Source: Alphaproteobacteria bacterium (GTDB lineage Bacteria; Pseudomonadota; Alphaproteobacteria; Bin95). From it: 64,000 bases of DNA. The position numbers were made by a program, and so were the translations under genes. This document shows, piece by piece, positions 51,643-61,909 of the stretch. The stretch covers positions 1,088,001 through 1,152,000 of the forward strand of contig OZ219785.1 of assembly GCA_964291285.2 (NCBI GenBank), read 5' to 3'. The notes beneath the pieces were generated by a model, which was not told the origin of the DNA, did not search any database, and saw nothing but the letters and a program-made list of their open reading frames with translations. Positions within the stretch are counted from its first letter, which is position 1, and each line of letters begins with the position of its first letter.

Positions 51643-52136
51643 AGCGCCCGGGAGAAGGGGGGCAATGCACGCCGGGCCGGGGACGGCGCCGTCAGGCCGC
51701 GCACCGCCTTGCGGGCAGGAGACCGCCGCACGCCGTTCATGACGGCCTGGCCGGCCATGATACGGCGGACACCACCGGGGCCGGCCTCGCGGCGCACCCG
51801 ATACCGGAGCGGGAGGCCCGGAACGCGTGGCTTCGGGCGAATGCGGGAACAGGCCGGCTCTCGAGCATGCAGGATGCGGAACGCTGTTCCGGCAGCTTGC
51901 CGCGATGAAAGTCGCGGCCATGTCCTTCACCCGTTTGATGACGCCCCATGGGGCGGATCTTTGGCCGGTCCGTTGCAGGCAATGGCCCGGCCGGATACTC
52001 ATACTCACATCCTTGTGACCGCCGGAGCATTGCCCCGGCCGCGGTTATGGGAGAGGATTGCTGCACTTAACACCATCGACGCCTCCAAGCGAATATCGAG
52101 ACGGACGGAAAATCACACTTCAATCTTACTGGCGCG

Positions 52137-54521
52137 TCAGCCGACGAAGTCGAAATCGGCCTCGGTCAGTTGCGACGCCTGGATCCCCACCACGGTAACA
52201 GTCCCCAGGGACCAGGTGATGACCGCGCCGCTGTCGGACTGCCGGATCACGAGGTCGTCGAAGTCGAGCTCCGAGTCTTCCGTGTAGAAGTCGATGCGGT
52301 CTATTCCGTCCTCAAAGCCGACGATCTTGTCGTCGCCGCCCTTCGTGAATCCGAACGAGTCGTAGCCCGGGCGGCCCCGGAGCGTGTCGTCGCCCTTGCT
52401 GTCGTCGAGTGCCCAGTCGGGCAGGCCGACGAAGTGAAAATCGGCCTCGGTCAGTTGCGAAGTCTGGATCCCCTCCAGGGTGATGGTCCCCAGGGACCAG
52501 TTGATGGCAGCGCCGCTGTCGGACTGCCAGATCTCAAGGTCCTCGAAGCCGAGTTCCCCGTCGATCGAGTGGAAGTCGAGGCGGTCCGTTCCGTCCTCGA
52601 AGTCAAGGATCGTATCGTCGCTGCCATCGTTGAATCCCCACTGGCTCCAGTAGCCCTTCTCGAAGAAACCGAATCGGTCGGCGCCCTCCCCGCCCCGGAG
52701 CGTGTCAACCCCCAAACCACCCGAGAGGAAATCGTTGCCCTTGCCGCCTTCCAGCGTGTCGTCGCCGTTACGACCGGTCAGAAAGTCGTGGCCGTCCCCA
52801 CCCCAGAGCTCATCATCGCCCGAATTGCCGCGGAGGAGGTCGTTACCCCCGCCGCCATAGATTATGTCATCGCCTTTTCGACCGTAGAGCTTGTCGTCAC
52901 CCGAGTTGCCGTAGATCGTGTCGTCGCACGCGGTGCCAAAGAGCCAATCGCGGTCCGCGCTGCCACGAATGGTCACGCCGCAGGCCTCAACGTCGAGCGT
53001 CCCATCGCCCGAAGTGCCCGGGATCGTGTCTTTGTCCTCGCCGCCGTCGTTGTCATCGTCGAGGGGGTTGCCGCCGTCGTTGTCGTTATCGAGGGGGTTG
53101 CCGCCGTCGTTGTCGTTATCGAGGGGGTTGCCGCCGTCGTTGTCGTTATCGAGGGGGTTGCCGCCGTCGTTGTCGTTATCGAGGGGATTGCCGCCGTCGT
53201 TGTCGTCGTCGCTCGTACTGGCGCCGTAAGCGGCCTTTTCGTCGCCGCCACCGCCAGCAGGCAGGATGAAGTCGTTCGCATCCAGACTGTCTGCCGACAC
53301 GCCCGACAGCCTGATCGTGTCGCCGCCGCCGCCGTAGCGAATGACGGTATCGGCGCCGTCCTGCTCGATGACCAGTGCCGTGAACCCGCCGGATACGCCG
53401 TCGAGGCGAATCCGGTCGCCGGCTCCGAAGTCGGTAATGATGTCGGCGCCGTCTCCCGCCTCGAACACGAAGGTGTCGGCGCCCTTGCCGCCCCCCAGCG
53501 TGTCATCGCCCGCGCCGCCGCGCAGCGTGTCGGCACCCCTGGCGCCGCGCAGCGTGTCGTCGCCCGCGCCGCCGTCCAGCGTGTCGTTGCCCTTGCCGCC
53601 CCCCAGCGTATCGTCGCCAGCCCCGCCGGTCAGCGTGTCGGCGCCCAGGCCGCCATAGAGGAGGTCGTCGCCGGCCCCGCCGATCAGCGTGTCGGCGCCC
53701 CCGTAGCCACGCAGGGTGTCGGCGCCATCACCACCGGTGAGCGTGTCCGCGTCCTTGCTACCCTTCAGCACCTCCCCGCCAGAAGGCCCGCCGCTCGAGG
53801 CATCATCGTCGCCGTCATCGTTGCCGTCCGGCGGCGCACCCTGTGCAGGAGCGTCCTCGCCGCCGCCCTCCGGCGAGGCTGCCTCGACGGGAAGAAACCG
53901 GAAGTCGTCCGCGCCAAGGGAGGCCGCCGTCACGCCCTCCAGCTTGATCGTGTCGCCGTCGCCGTAGCGGATGACGGTATGGAAGCCCTTCTGCTCGATC
54001 ACCAGATCCCCGAAACCGCCGGACACCCCGGCGATCTCGATGATGTCGCCAGCCTCGAAATCGCCGATGTAATCGGCCCCGTCGCCGACCGCGAACGCAA
54101 AGACGTCATGGCCACTGCCGCCATAGAGCGAGTCCGCGCCCCGGCCGCCGGTCAGCCTGTCGGCGCCCCGGCCGCCTTCCAGACGGTCGTTGCCCGCACC
54201 GCCATAGAGCGTGTCGTCCCCGTCGCCGCCATAGAGCGTGTCGTTGTCCGTGCCGCCGTCCAGCGTGTCGTCGCCCGCGCCGCCGTCCAGCACATCGTTG
54301 CCAGCGCCGCCGTCCAGCGTGTCATCGTCCGAGCTGCCGGGGTTCATGAGGAGAAAGTCCGCGTCGGCTCCCGGGCTTGCGGTTCCGCCCGTCAGCGTGT
54401 CGTCGCCGTCGCCGCCCGTCAGGATGTCGTCGCCGAGGCCGCCCGTCAGGATGTCATTGCCGAGGCCACCCGTCAGGGTGTCGTCGGCAGCGCCGCCGGT
54501 CCGGGAAATATCCTGTGTCAT
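52137..54521 (-). CDS. RTX Ca-binding repeat protein RTX2
   Basis: GGxGDDTL repeats, duplicated C-terminal module, DFDFVG end. Confidence 0.9.
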   Translation of the reverse strand: MTQDISRTGGAADDTLTGGLGNDILTGGLGDDILTGGDGDDTLTGGTASPGADADFLLMNPGSSDDDTLDGGAGNDVLDGGAGDDTLDGGTDNDTLYGGDGDDTLYGGAGNDRLEGGRGADRLTGGRGADSLYGGSGHDVFAFAVGDGADYIGDFEAGDIIEIAGVSGGFGDLVIEQKGFHTVIRYGDGDTIKLEGVTAASLGADDFRFLPVEAASPEGGGEDAPAQGAPPDGNDDGDDDASSGGPSGGEVLKGSKDADTLTGGDGADTLRGYGGADTLIGGAGDDLLYGGLGADTLTGGAGDDTLGGGKGNDTLDGGAGDDTLRGARGADTLRGGAGDDTLGGGKGADTFVFEAGDGADIITDFGAGDRIRLDGVSGGFTALVIEQDGADTVIRYGGGGDTIRLSGVSADSLDANDFILPAGGGGDEKAAYGASTSDDDNDGGNPLDNDNDGGNPLDNDNDGGNPLDNDNDGGNPLDNDNDGGNPLDDDNDGGEDKDTIPGTSGDGTLDVEACGVTIRGSADRDWLFGTACDDTIYGNSGDDKLYGRKGDDIIYGGGGNDLLRGNSGDDELWGGDGHDFLTGRNGDDTLEGGKGNDFLSGGLGVDTLRGGEGADRFGFFEKGYWSQWGFNDGSDDTILDFEDGTDRLDFHSIDGELGFEDLEIWQSDSGAAINWSLGTITLEGIQTSQLTEADFHFVGLPDWALDDSKGDDTLRGRPGYDSFGFTKGGDDKIVGFEDGIDRIDFYTEDSELDFDDLVIRQSDSGAVITWSLGTVTVVGIQASQLTEADFDFVG
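53041..53210 (-). repeat. 30-bp in-frame tandem repeat (DNDGGNPLDN, about 5.5 copies)
   Basis: CCGCCGTCGTTGTCGTTATCGAGGGGGTTG units. Confidence 0.95.
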
Positions 54522-54675
54522 CGCGCTCTCTCCTCAACGCATGGGTCCATGGCAGGGCATGAAGGCATCCCGAGCCGAAAGTCTATTCCGTGCCGGCAGC
54601 CGCGGCAAGCGCCCAGGGAAAATTTTTAGTCGAACCGCGGGCTTTGTCTGAGTGATGTCGGTCTGGCTGCCGGTG

Positions 54676-55090
54676 TTTGCCGTGAAAATTGTTGGGGATC
54701 GGGCGCAAAAAAAACCTCCCCGCCAAAGCACTGCTCCCGAGGCGTCCGATACTCGCCATCTGCGGCGCCCGTCTTGCGGACCCTGACCGGTAGGCAACCC
54801 CGTAAAAGCCCGAAGTCCCGCCCGCGCGGCCGGCACCTGTTTTCATGATACGGGGTGGCCGACCCGCCCGACAATGAAGGTTTTGCCGTGAAAATTGTTG
54901 GGGATCGGGCGCACAAAACCCCTCCCCGCCAAAGCACTGCTCCCGAGGCGTCCGATACTCGCCATCTGCGGCGCCCGTCTTGCGGACCGTGACCGGTAGG
55001 CAACCCCGTAAAAGCCCGAAGTCCCGCCCGCGCGGCCGGCACCTGTTTTCATGATACGGGGTGGCCGACCCGCCCGACAATGAAGGTTTT
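54676..55090 (-). repeat. Tandem 206-bp non-coding unit x2 upstream of RTX2
   Basis: Units start at 54676 and 54882, with a few substitutions. Confidence 0.92.
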
Positions 55091-55228
55091 GGGGAACCCC
55101 AGACGTTTCTGGCCGCCGTCATGGTGGTTTCTTGATGCCGCGGTCCAGTGTTTTCGTCCTCGACGGGCGCAGTTGTTTTGCTGCGCCGTTCTTCGGCCCG
55201 AGCCTGTATTGCGGTGGGGGGTGGGGTA

Positions 55229-57025
55229 TCAGCCTCTGGGCGCGATCATAATCGCGTCGAGGGCCTCTTGGGCGCGGGCGGCGTAGTGCCGGTTGGCCTC
55301 GGGTACATATCGGAAGCGTCCGTCGCAGCGCACGATAGCGATGGCCGCGTTGCTCAAGCAGGCCAGATTTCCGGGCAGGTGGCGCACATATGCCCGGCAA
55401 CGGTCTTCGTCATAGGTGAAGTCACGCACATAGTGCACACGGTTCTCAATGTGCCAGTGGTTGCGCACCAGATCGAGAAGCTCCTTGGGGCCGGCTCGCT
55501 CTGCGCCAAGCGACGTCAGGCTCCAGGTGACCTCGATGCTGCGCTTGCCGGTTTTGAGCATCTTGCGCTCGCGTTCCATGCGCATTGCCTGGCGGCGCCC
55601 GTGAAGGTGGGCGTAGCCGTCCCACTCGGCAGCGCAGAGGTCGACGACGGCGCAGCGTCGGCGCTCAATGCGACCATGGCCCTTGTCGACGGTTTCGTGC
55701 CAGGGCGCATCGCTGAAGTCGATCGCCTTGAGGTCTTCGAGGATGGTCTGCTGGTTGCCCTTCACCGCGCTGACCACGTAGTCGGCACGGCGTTCGAGCA
55801 GGCAACGCGCGGTCTCGTGCTGGGCGTGCATCGCATCGATGGTGACGATCCGGCCTGTGAGGTCGAGACCGCTGGAGAGTTCGCGCACGGCCGGGATTTC
55901 GTTGCTTTTGGAGCTGACTTCGACCTGCCCGAGGACCACGCCGGTGTCATGCGCCACCGCAGCGACCATCCTCCTGCGCCGGTCTTCGCTCTGCTTCGAG
56001 GCACCGCGCAAATCCTTTCCGTCCATGGCCACAGGCGCGTGCGCACTGCTGTGCTGTCCGGCCCACTGGCCGATGGCATTGTCCAGGGTCTGTGGCGGCA
56101 GGGCGGCGAGGATGTTGTGGAAGGTGGTGACCGCCGGCGGCGTGTAGCACTGCCTGGATGGGCTCCAGAAGGCGCCCACCGCCTTGAGTTGCTTCTGGGA
56201 GAGCAGGGCGGCGAACTGGGCGAAGGCGTTCACACCCCGGTATCCGGCAAGCCGGGCGGCAACGGCCAGCGTCAGAATGGTGGTGAGCGCATAGCGCTTG
56301 CCCCGGGCATGGCGGTATTCGGGCACCTCGCCCAAACACTCGAACAGGCTGCGCAGCCGGGGCGCCGCCATCGGCTCGGTGTGCTGCTCAGCGTTCCAGT
56401 CTGCCGGTATCTCGGGATGGCTCAGCGCCTCGGGGGCGCCGTGTGTCAGTTCGAACACGAAGACCTCCTTGGGCTGGCCGTGGTGACGCCAGCGCGCCAC
56501 CCCTCCGGGCTCGCGGGCAAAGCCGCGCGTCAGACCCAAAGAGCGCCAGTTGGCCGCGCGGTAGCAGGTGCCGGCGAAGCGCGAGACGTCCACAAACGTC
56601 TCCGCCACAACAGCCGGATAGCCATGCGCCGCCCGCAGGTCCTGCGACAGCCGCCGCACGCTCAGCCCCAGCACCCGCGAGGCAAGGTTGGGAACCCGCT
56701 CAGGCGTCAGGATGACAAAGCGCGAGTTGTTGGCAACCAGATGCAGGCGACGGAACTGCTGCTCCGCCGACCACCCGATCCAGCGGTCCCGCGCTCCCAC
56801 CTTGAACGCTCCAGGCTGCCAGCCAACCAGGGCAAGCCAGGCCTCGCCATGAACCGCGACATGGCGCAGACCCTTGCCGATGATGCCGTGGAACCGCAGA
56901 TAGTGGTGCGCCGCTACCAAATCGTCCCAGCGCCGGTGCTCCCGTGCCCCCCAGGTCGGGCGCACCGTGACCGCGCGAAGATCAACCCAAACACCCGCAA
57001 ACAGAAACCTCGCCATGACCGGCAC
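55229..57025 (-). CDS. ISAs1 family transposase with N-terminal DUF4338-like domain
   Basis: ANNSRF.IL, NLASR.L, GTCYRAANW; then DGK.LRG, KSNEIPA, DAMH.Q, HW.IEN..H..RD....ED. Confidence 0.88.
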   Translation of the reverse strand: MPVMARFLFAGVWVDLRAVTVRPTWGAREHRRWDDLVAAHHYLRFHGIIGKGLRHVAVHGEAWLALVGWQPGAFKVGARDRWIGWSAEQQFRRLHLVANNSRFVILTPERVPNLASRVLGLSVRRLSQDLRAAHGYPAVVAETFVDVSRFAGTCYRAANWRSLGLTRGFAREPGGVARWRHHGQPKEVFVFELTHGAPEALSHPEIPADWNAEQHTEPMAAPRLRSLFECLGEVPEYRHARGKRYALTTILTLAVAARLAGYRGVNAFAQFAALLSQKQLKAVGAFWSPSRQCYTPPAVTTFHNILAALPPQTLDNAIGQWAGQHSSAHAPVAMDGKDLRGASKQSEDRRRRMVAAVAHDTGVVLGQVEVSSKSNEIPAVRELSSGLDLTGRIVTIDAMHAQHETARCLLERRADYVVSAVKGNQQTILEDLKAIDFSDAPWHETVDKGHGRIERRRCAVVDLCAAEWDGYAHLHGRRQAMRMERERKMLKTGKRSIEVTWSLTSLGAERAGPKELLDLVRNHWHIENRVHYVRDFTYDEDRCRAYVRHLPGNLACLSNAAIAIVRCDGRFRYVPEANRHYAARAQEALDAIMIAPRG

Positions 57026-57110
57026 ACTGCCATATCAAGAAAAAAATAGCCACCCCGGACCCCACCTCAACATGGCCCAAAGGCAGACAATTAATTCGCC
57101 CTGGAGGAAA

Positions 57111-58193
57111 GCACCGCTTCGAGAAATTTGCGCTGTGGGGTTTTTTCGGTCGGATGGGACGTTGGGTCCGGGTGTTGATGTTGTTTGTTCCGGCGTTCGA
57201 GGCGGTCGCCGCGGTTGCTTTTCGAACTTGAGCGGCCCAGCCCGGCAGCATCGCCGGCCTTCGGTCGCGTTTGTCCGTATGCCGGGGTCCGGCGGGTTGG
57301 ATCAGCGTTGTCGGCAGCCGGCTGAGGGGTCAGCCGGTATCGAGGTATGGCGCCGGGCCGACCAGGGAGCGCATGCGTGCGACGCGTCTGGCGCGGGCCT
57401 GTGCAAGCGCCATGGCCATCATGACCGCCAGGGCCAGGCCGATGCGGGTCTTCATCCTGGCGCGACCGCGGATGTAGTGGGTCTCGAAGTTGAAGCTGCG
57501 GTCGAGGCGGGCGTTGATCCGCTCCATGGCGGTGCGCCGGTTGTATCCGCGTCGCCATGACGGGCTGCCCCAGGGCGTGGGCGTGAAGAGGCGCCGGTCA
57601 TGGCTGTCGAGATCGACGCGCAGGATGCGGCCGTATTCGCCGGACTTCACCCCACCCGCCCGATGGCAGGCCCGGCGTCCCTTGCACTCGAAGCCGAAGG
57701 CGGCTGCGGGGCAGCGGTATTTGAGCGTGCCGCAGACGCCGCGCCCGGCCTCGAACCCCTGGAAGGCCATGGCGCGGACCTCGCCGGTCTGCGGGCACAC
57801 GCAGGACACCCGGCCGCGTTCGTCATGAACGATGACGTCGGCGCGCCCGGGGAACAGCGGTCGCGTGATCGGCCGGGCCGGGTCATGGCCCGGCTCCTTC
57901 TTCTCGACCCGCCACATCGGGCGCGTGTCGATCAGCGGGCGGATATGCCACCTGTCCCACAGCCGCGCCTTCAGGCGGGCGTTGTCGAGACCGCGGTCGG
58001 CGCTGAAATCGGCGCAGCGCCCGGCCATCTCCGGCGCCCCGGCGAACAACTCCTCCAGCATCCCGGACAGCACCCCGGGTTCCGATGCCGACGCCCGCGT
58101 CACCTCGAAGGCCACAGGAACCTCGTAGTCCGTGTCGGCGATCAGGTGAAGCCCGTAGCCGAACCACGACTTCACCTTCTTCCACACCGCGCC
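57111..58193 (-). pseudogene. IS5/IS1182-like element, 5' half removed at the integrase-element end
   Basis: WKKVKSWFGY.LHL, SADRG.D, YNRRTAMERIN; truncation coincides with motif at 58184-58199. Confidence 0.8.
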
Positions 58194-58240
58194 CGCACCG
58201 GTGGGTGCTAACTATCTGACGCAGCGTCGTTTTTTCTCCC
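58184..58240 (+). other. Putative att/left end of two-integrase element
   Basis: ACACC-N5-CGCACC..TGGGT.CTAACTATCTGAC..AGCGTCGTTT shared with reverse complement of 25728-25776. Confidence 0.7.
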
Positions 58241-58312
58241 GAAGTGTAGCGGTCGGGCAAGCGGGTCGCAAGGGCCCGTTCCCCGCCTGCAACTGGAGCC
58301 GGGAGAAACGCA

Positions 58313-59437
58313 ATGGCGAAGACTACCCTCACCGAGGCGCGCGTGAAGGCGCTCAAGCCCCGCAGGTCCGTCCGCGAGGTCCGCGACGGCAGGCTCAGGG
58401 GGTTCGGCGTCCGGGTGTCGCCCTCGGGCCGCAAGCAGTTCTTCATCCACTGCCAGCATCGCGGCGCGCGTATCTGGAAGATCGTCGGCGACGCCGGGTC
58501 GATGAGCGTCACGGACGCGCGGGCTGCGGCTGCGGACATGCTCACCGCCATCAGGCGCGGCGGGGAAGCGCCGCCTGCGCCGGACGAGACGGTCTTCGAG
58601 GCTGTCGCCGAAACCGTGTTCGAGCGCCATGAGCGCCTCTGGAAGGCCGGAACGCTCCATGTGAACCGGGGCTACCTTCGCAATCAGCTGCTGCCGCATT
58701 TCGCCGGGCGTCCGGTTGCCGCCATCGACCGGCAGGAGGTAAGGAACTGGTTCGCCCGCCTGCGCGCGGTGCCGGTGGCGGCCGACAGGTCGATGCCGGT
58801 GCTGTCCGTCATCATGAGGGAAGCGGAGGCCATGAGCCTGCGCCCGGAGGGTTCCAACCCCTGCCGGGGCATCCGCCGCTACCGCCGCAAGGGCCGCGAG
58901 CGGTTCCTCCCGGACGAGGAAATCCGTCGCCTGTCCGGAAGACTCAAGGCGCATGAGGCCTGCTGGCCGCAGCATGTCGCCGTCATCCGCCTGCTGCTGC
59001 TGACCGGCTGCCGCAAGGGCGAGATCCTCACCCTGCAATGGTCCGATTACCGCGAAGGCCGCCTGTTTCTCCGCGATTCCAAGACGGGGCCGAGAACCGT
59101 CTGGCTGTCGGAGCCGGCCCGGACGGTGCTTGATCGTCTCGAGCGTAAGGGGCGATGGATATTCCCCGCATCTCGGGGCGACCGGCCCCGGAGCGGGTGC
59201 TGGCTGGACCACTTCTGGCGCAGGGTCCGCGCCGAGGCGGACCTGGAGGACGCCCGCCTTCACGATTTGCGCCATACGCATGCGAGCCTTGCCCTCAGGC
59301 AGGGCGAGACGGTGCTCGCCATCGGCAAGCTGCTGGGCCACCGCAGGCCGGAAACCACGCTGAAATATACCCATGTCGCCGACGCCATGGTGCAAGACGC
59401 AGCCGAGACGGTCGGCGCCGTGCTGGAGGCAGACTGA
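58313..59437 (+). CDS. Tyrosine integrase 1 (N-terminal arm-binding domain)
   Basis: GFGVRVSPSG.K; LTGCR..E, SKTG, HDLRH, LLGH, T.KY. Confidence 0.92.
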   Translation: MAKTTLTEARVKALKPRRSVREVRDGRLRGFGVRVSPSGRKQFFIHCQHRGARIWKIVGDAGSMSVTDARAAAADMLTAIRRGGEAPPAPDETVFEAVAETVFERHERLWKAGTLHVNRGYLRNQLLPHFAGRPVAAIDRQEVRNWFARLRAVPVAADRSMPVLSVIMREAEAMSLRPEGSNPCRGIRRYRRKGRERFLPDEEIRRLSGRLKAHEACWPQHVAVIRLLLLTGCRKGEILTLQWSDYREGRLFLRDSKTGPRTVWLSEPARTVLDRLERKGRWIFPASRGDRPRSGCWLDHFWRRVRAEADLEDARLHDLRHTHASLALRQGETVLAIGKLLGHRRPETTLKYTHVADAMVQDAAETVGAVLEAD

Positions 59438-60582
59438 TGGCGGGCCGGGAACGGATGAAACTCACCGACGCCGCCGTCGCCCGTCTCCGCCCCCGCGGGC
59501 GGGAATATACGGTCCGGGACACGCGCATCGCCGGCCTTGGCGTCCGGGTGCGGCCCACCGGCGGGCGCAGCTGGGTGCTGCTGCTCGACAGCGGCGGGCG
59601 CACCAGGCGCGTCTCGCTCGGCCCGGTTGGCGTGAAGAGCGCCGCCGAAGCCCGCCGGGAGGCTCTCGAGCGCCAGGCGGCCCCGCAGCCGGAGGAGACA
59701 GCCGCGCCGCCCGGCGCGGCCCCGCTGTTCCGGGATTTCGTCGCGGGTTCGTGGAAGCAGGCACACTTCGACCGCTACAAGCCGTCGGGCCAGCAAACCG
59801 CGTCCGGGATACTCCGGCGACAATTGCTTCCCGCATTCGGCCCGAAGCCGCTCGACCGCATTGTGCCGGGCCATGTCCGGCAGTGGTTCGACCGCTACAG
59901 CCGGACCGCACCCGGCGGCGCCAACCGCGCTTTCACCCTCCTTCACCAGATCATGAACTTCGCCCTCGCCTGCGGTCATGTCGAGGTCAATCCGGCCAGG
60001 CACATGAGAAGGAACCGCCGCCCGGCACTCACACGGTTCCTGTCCCGGGAGGAACTCGCACGTCTCCATGCCGCCCTGGACGCGCAGACCCGGAAGAGCG
60101 CGCGGCAGCAGGCCGACATTGTCCGGCTGCTGCTGCTGACCGGCTGCCGCAGAAGCGAGATCACGGGCCTCGGCTGGTCGGAAGTCCGCGAGGACGGGCT
60201 GGCGCTCACCGATGCCAAGACCGGACCGAGGACCGTTCCGCTCGGCAGCGGCGCGCGGGCCATTCTCGACCGGCAGCCGCGCACGGGCAGCGCGTTCGTG
60301 TTTCCCTCGCCGCGCGACCCCGCCCGCCCGCGCAGCCCCGACCTGCCGCTCTGGTACCGCGTCAGACGCGAAGCCGGCATCGGGGATGTCCGCCTCCACG
60401 ACCTGCGCCATACCATGGCCAGCCATGCCGTCATGAACGGCGTGCCCGTTCCGGTGGTCTCCCGCCTGCTCGGACATTCCGATGTGCGCATGACGCTGCG
60501 CTATGCCCATCTCGCCGACCGCGACATCGAAGCCGCCGCGGAACGCGTCGGGCAGGCCATGAACGCCATCATGGAGACATAG
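59437..60582 (+). CDS. Tyrosine integrase 2 (N-terminal arm-binding domain)
   Basis: GLGVRVRPTG; LTGCR.SE, AKTG, HDLRH, LLGH, T.RY; TGATG coupling. Confidence 0.92.
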   Translation: MAGRERMKLTDAAVARLRPRGREYTVRDTRIAGLGVRVRPTGGRSWVLLLDSGGRTRRVSLGPVGVKSAAEARREALERQAAPQPEETAAPPGAAPLFRDFVAGSWKQAHFDRYKPSGQQTASGILRRQLLPAFGPKPLDRIVPGHVRQWFDRYSRTAPGGANRAFTLLHQIMNFALACGHVEVNPARHMRRNRRPALTRFLSREELARLHAALDAQTRKSARQQADIVRLLLLTGCRRSEITGLGWSEVREDGLALTDAKTGPRTVPLGSGARAILDRQPRTGSAFVFPSPRDPARPRSPDLPLWYRVRREAGIGDVRLHDLRHTMASHAVMNGVPVPVVSRLLGHSDVRMTLRYAHLADRDIEAAAERVGQAMNAIMET

Positions 60583-60931
60583 CCAAGGCTGAGGCGATCA
60601 ATCTGCTCCTTCATGACCAGACAGCACGATATCCGATGGTGCGGCGCCCGTGCGGGTGCTGCGCCGCATGGCCCGAAGCTGTGACAGCGGTCCCGGGCGT
60701 TTGCAATTAGGCTGCTGCCTGTGCTATCAGGCCGTGGAGAGAGGGGAAGAGTCGTGGCGGAGATGCCGGGCGAGTTAGCGATGCGCAGGCTGCTGCGGCT
60801 GTTGGGCCGGGGCGCGACCGCCTCGCGCGCGCGTGACCTTTTCGTACCCCCCCCCCCATAAGCGTTATCTTGTTTAGCGATTGAGGCTCGTTTAGCATTG
60901 TGCCGGTGGGCGAAGCTTGGGAACTGTGTTG

Positions 60932-61275
60932 ATGGATAATGATTGGGAGCTTTTGGCGACGTTCTTGCCGTCTGACTGGCGAGAGTTGGCGTCGGAGCGC
61001 GGCGCGCTGAAGGGTTTGCGCAAGGAGAAGTCGGTCGAGAATCTGTTGCGCATGCTGTTGCTGCATGTCGGGTGCGGGCATTCGCTGCGTGAGACGGTGG
61101 TTCGGGCGAAGAAGGCGGGGCTGGGTGATTATTCGGCGGTATCGCTGATGAAGCGGCTGAGGAAGTCGAGGGACTGGCTTCAGGCGCTGTGCGTTGCACT
61201 TTTCCGGGAACGGGGGCTTGCGCTTGCGGCAGATGGCGGGTTTCAGGTTCGGGCTTTTGATGCGACGACGGTGAA
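60932..61275 (+). pseudogene. IS4 family transposase N-terminal fragment
   Basis: LP.DW..LA...GA....R.....LLR.LL.H...G.SLRE; ends at first catalytic DAT. Confidence 0.7.
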
Positions 61276-61406
61276 GCGGCTCCGCTCCACGTATCGCAGG
61301 GCGCTACGCGGAGCCGCGCGGGGCCCTCCTGTTGACTACCGGGACAACCTACAGAGGGGTCAATCTTCCGCGCCGATCCGGGGTCAACTTTGAACACCGA
61401 TTGACA
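61276..61406 (+). mobile_element. IS21 family right-end remnant
   Basis: Tandem GGGGTCAA..CCGAT repeats ending CCGATTGACA. Confidence 0.7.
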
Positions 61407-61865
61407 GGCGGAGTCGTTGTCATCCATTCTGTCCCTATATTCTTGCAGAATGTCTTCGTTCGGTATCAAAATTCCCCTTTCATTGGGAACATAGTGTTTC
61501 GCCCAAGCCCCACCTTCCCAATGTGTAATCGCGACAAGACGAGGTGTGCTGTCAGACAAGCTATCGACAACCTCGTCAACCAGAGCCGAGGTTCTCTTGT
61601 CTCTTACCGCAGCCATAAACGGAAATGCATCCGACTCAACCGGACGAGAACCATAGCGCCTTAAGGTGCGGTAAAGCTGGGGATGGACAGGGCCTAAATC
61701 CCATGCCTCAAAATGGCCGGACACAAGAGGTACAAGAGGTGCACCGTGCCGCCCCAGATGGATCATGTGGGCGATATACACGAGCTTTTGAAGCGCTAGA
61801 TGGGTAAGCTGCCAGTCTGACCGCTCACCCATACGCTTCGCCACGGCAAGCGCCGATGTTGTCAA
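61407..61865 (-). pseudogene. Panacea (DUF4065/SocA-like) antitoxin, stop removed by IS21 end
   Basis: LT.L.LQKL.Y.A, FEAW..GPV.P.LY, L...TH....W, I....I..Y. Confidence 0.8.
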
Positions 61866-61909
61866 GATGACCTCCGCTGCCAAAGCAGAATAGCATGATC
61901 TGTCAAGCC

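Noticed and set aside
51643-52136. ORFs between hlyD and RTX2 as a TolC or accessory gene
   Set aside because: No recognisable motifs or coding bias
53041-53210. CRISPR-like 30-bp repeats
   Set aside because: No spacers, in frame within an RTX gene, no cas genes
54676-55090. c-di-GMP-I riboswitch or MOBQ oriT (CGGGGTTGCC, GTGCGCCC)
   Set aside because: GEMM GCAAA/GAAA core absent; nic match is partial and differs between copies
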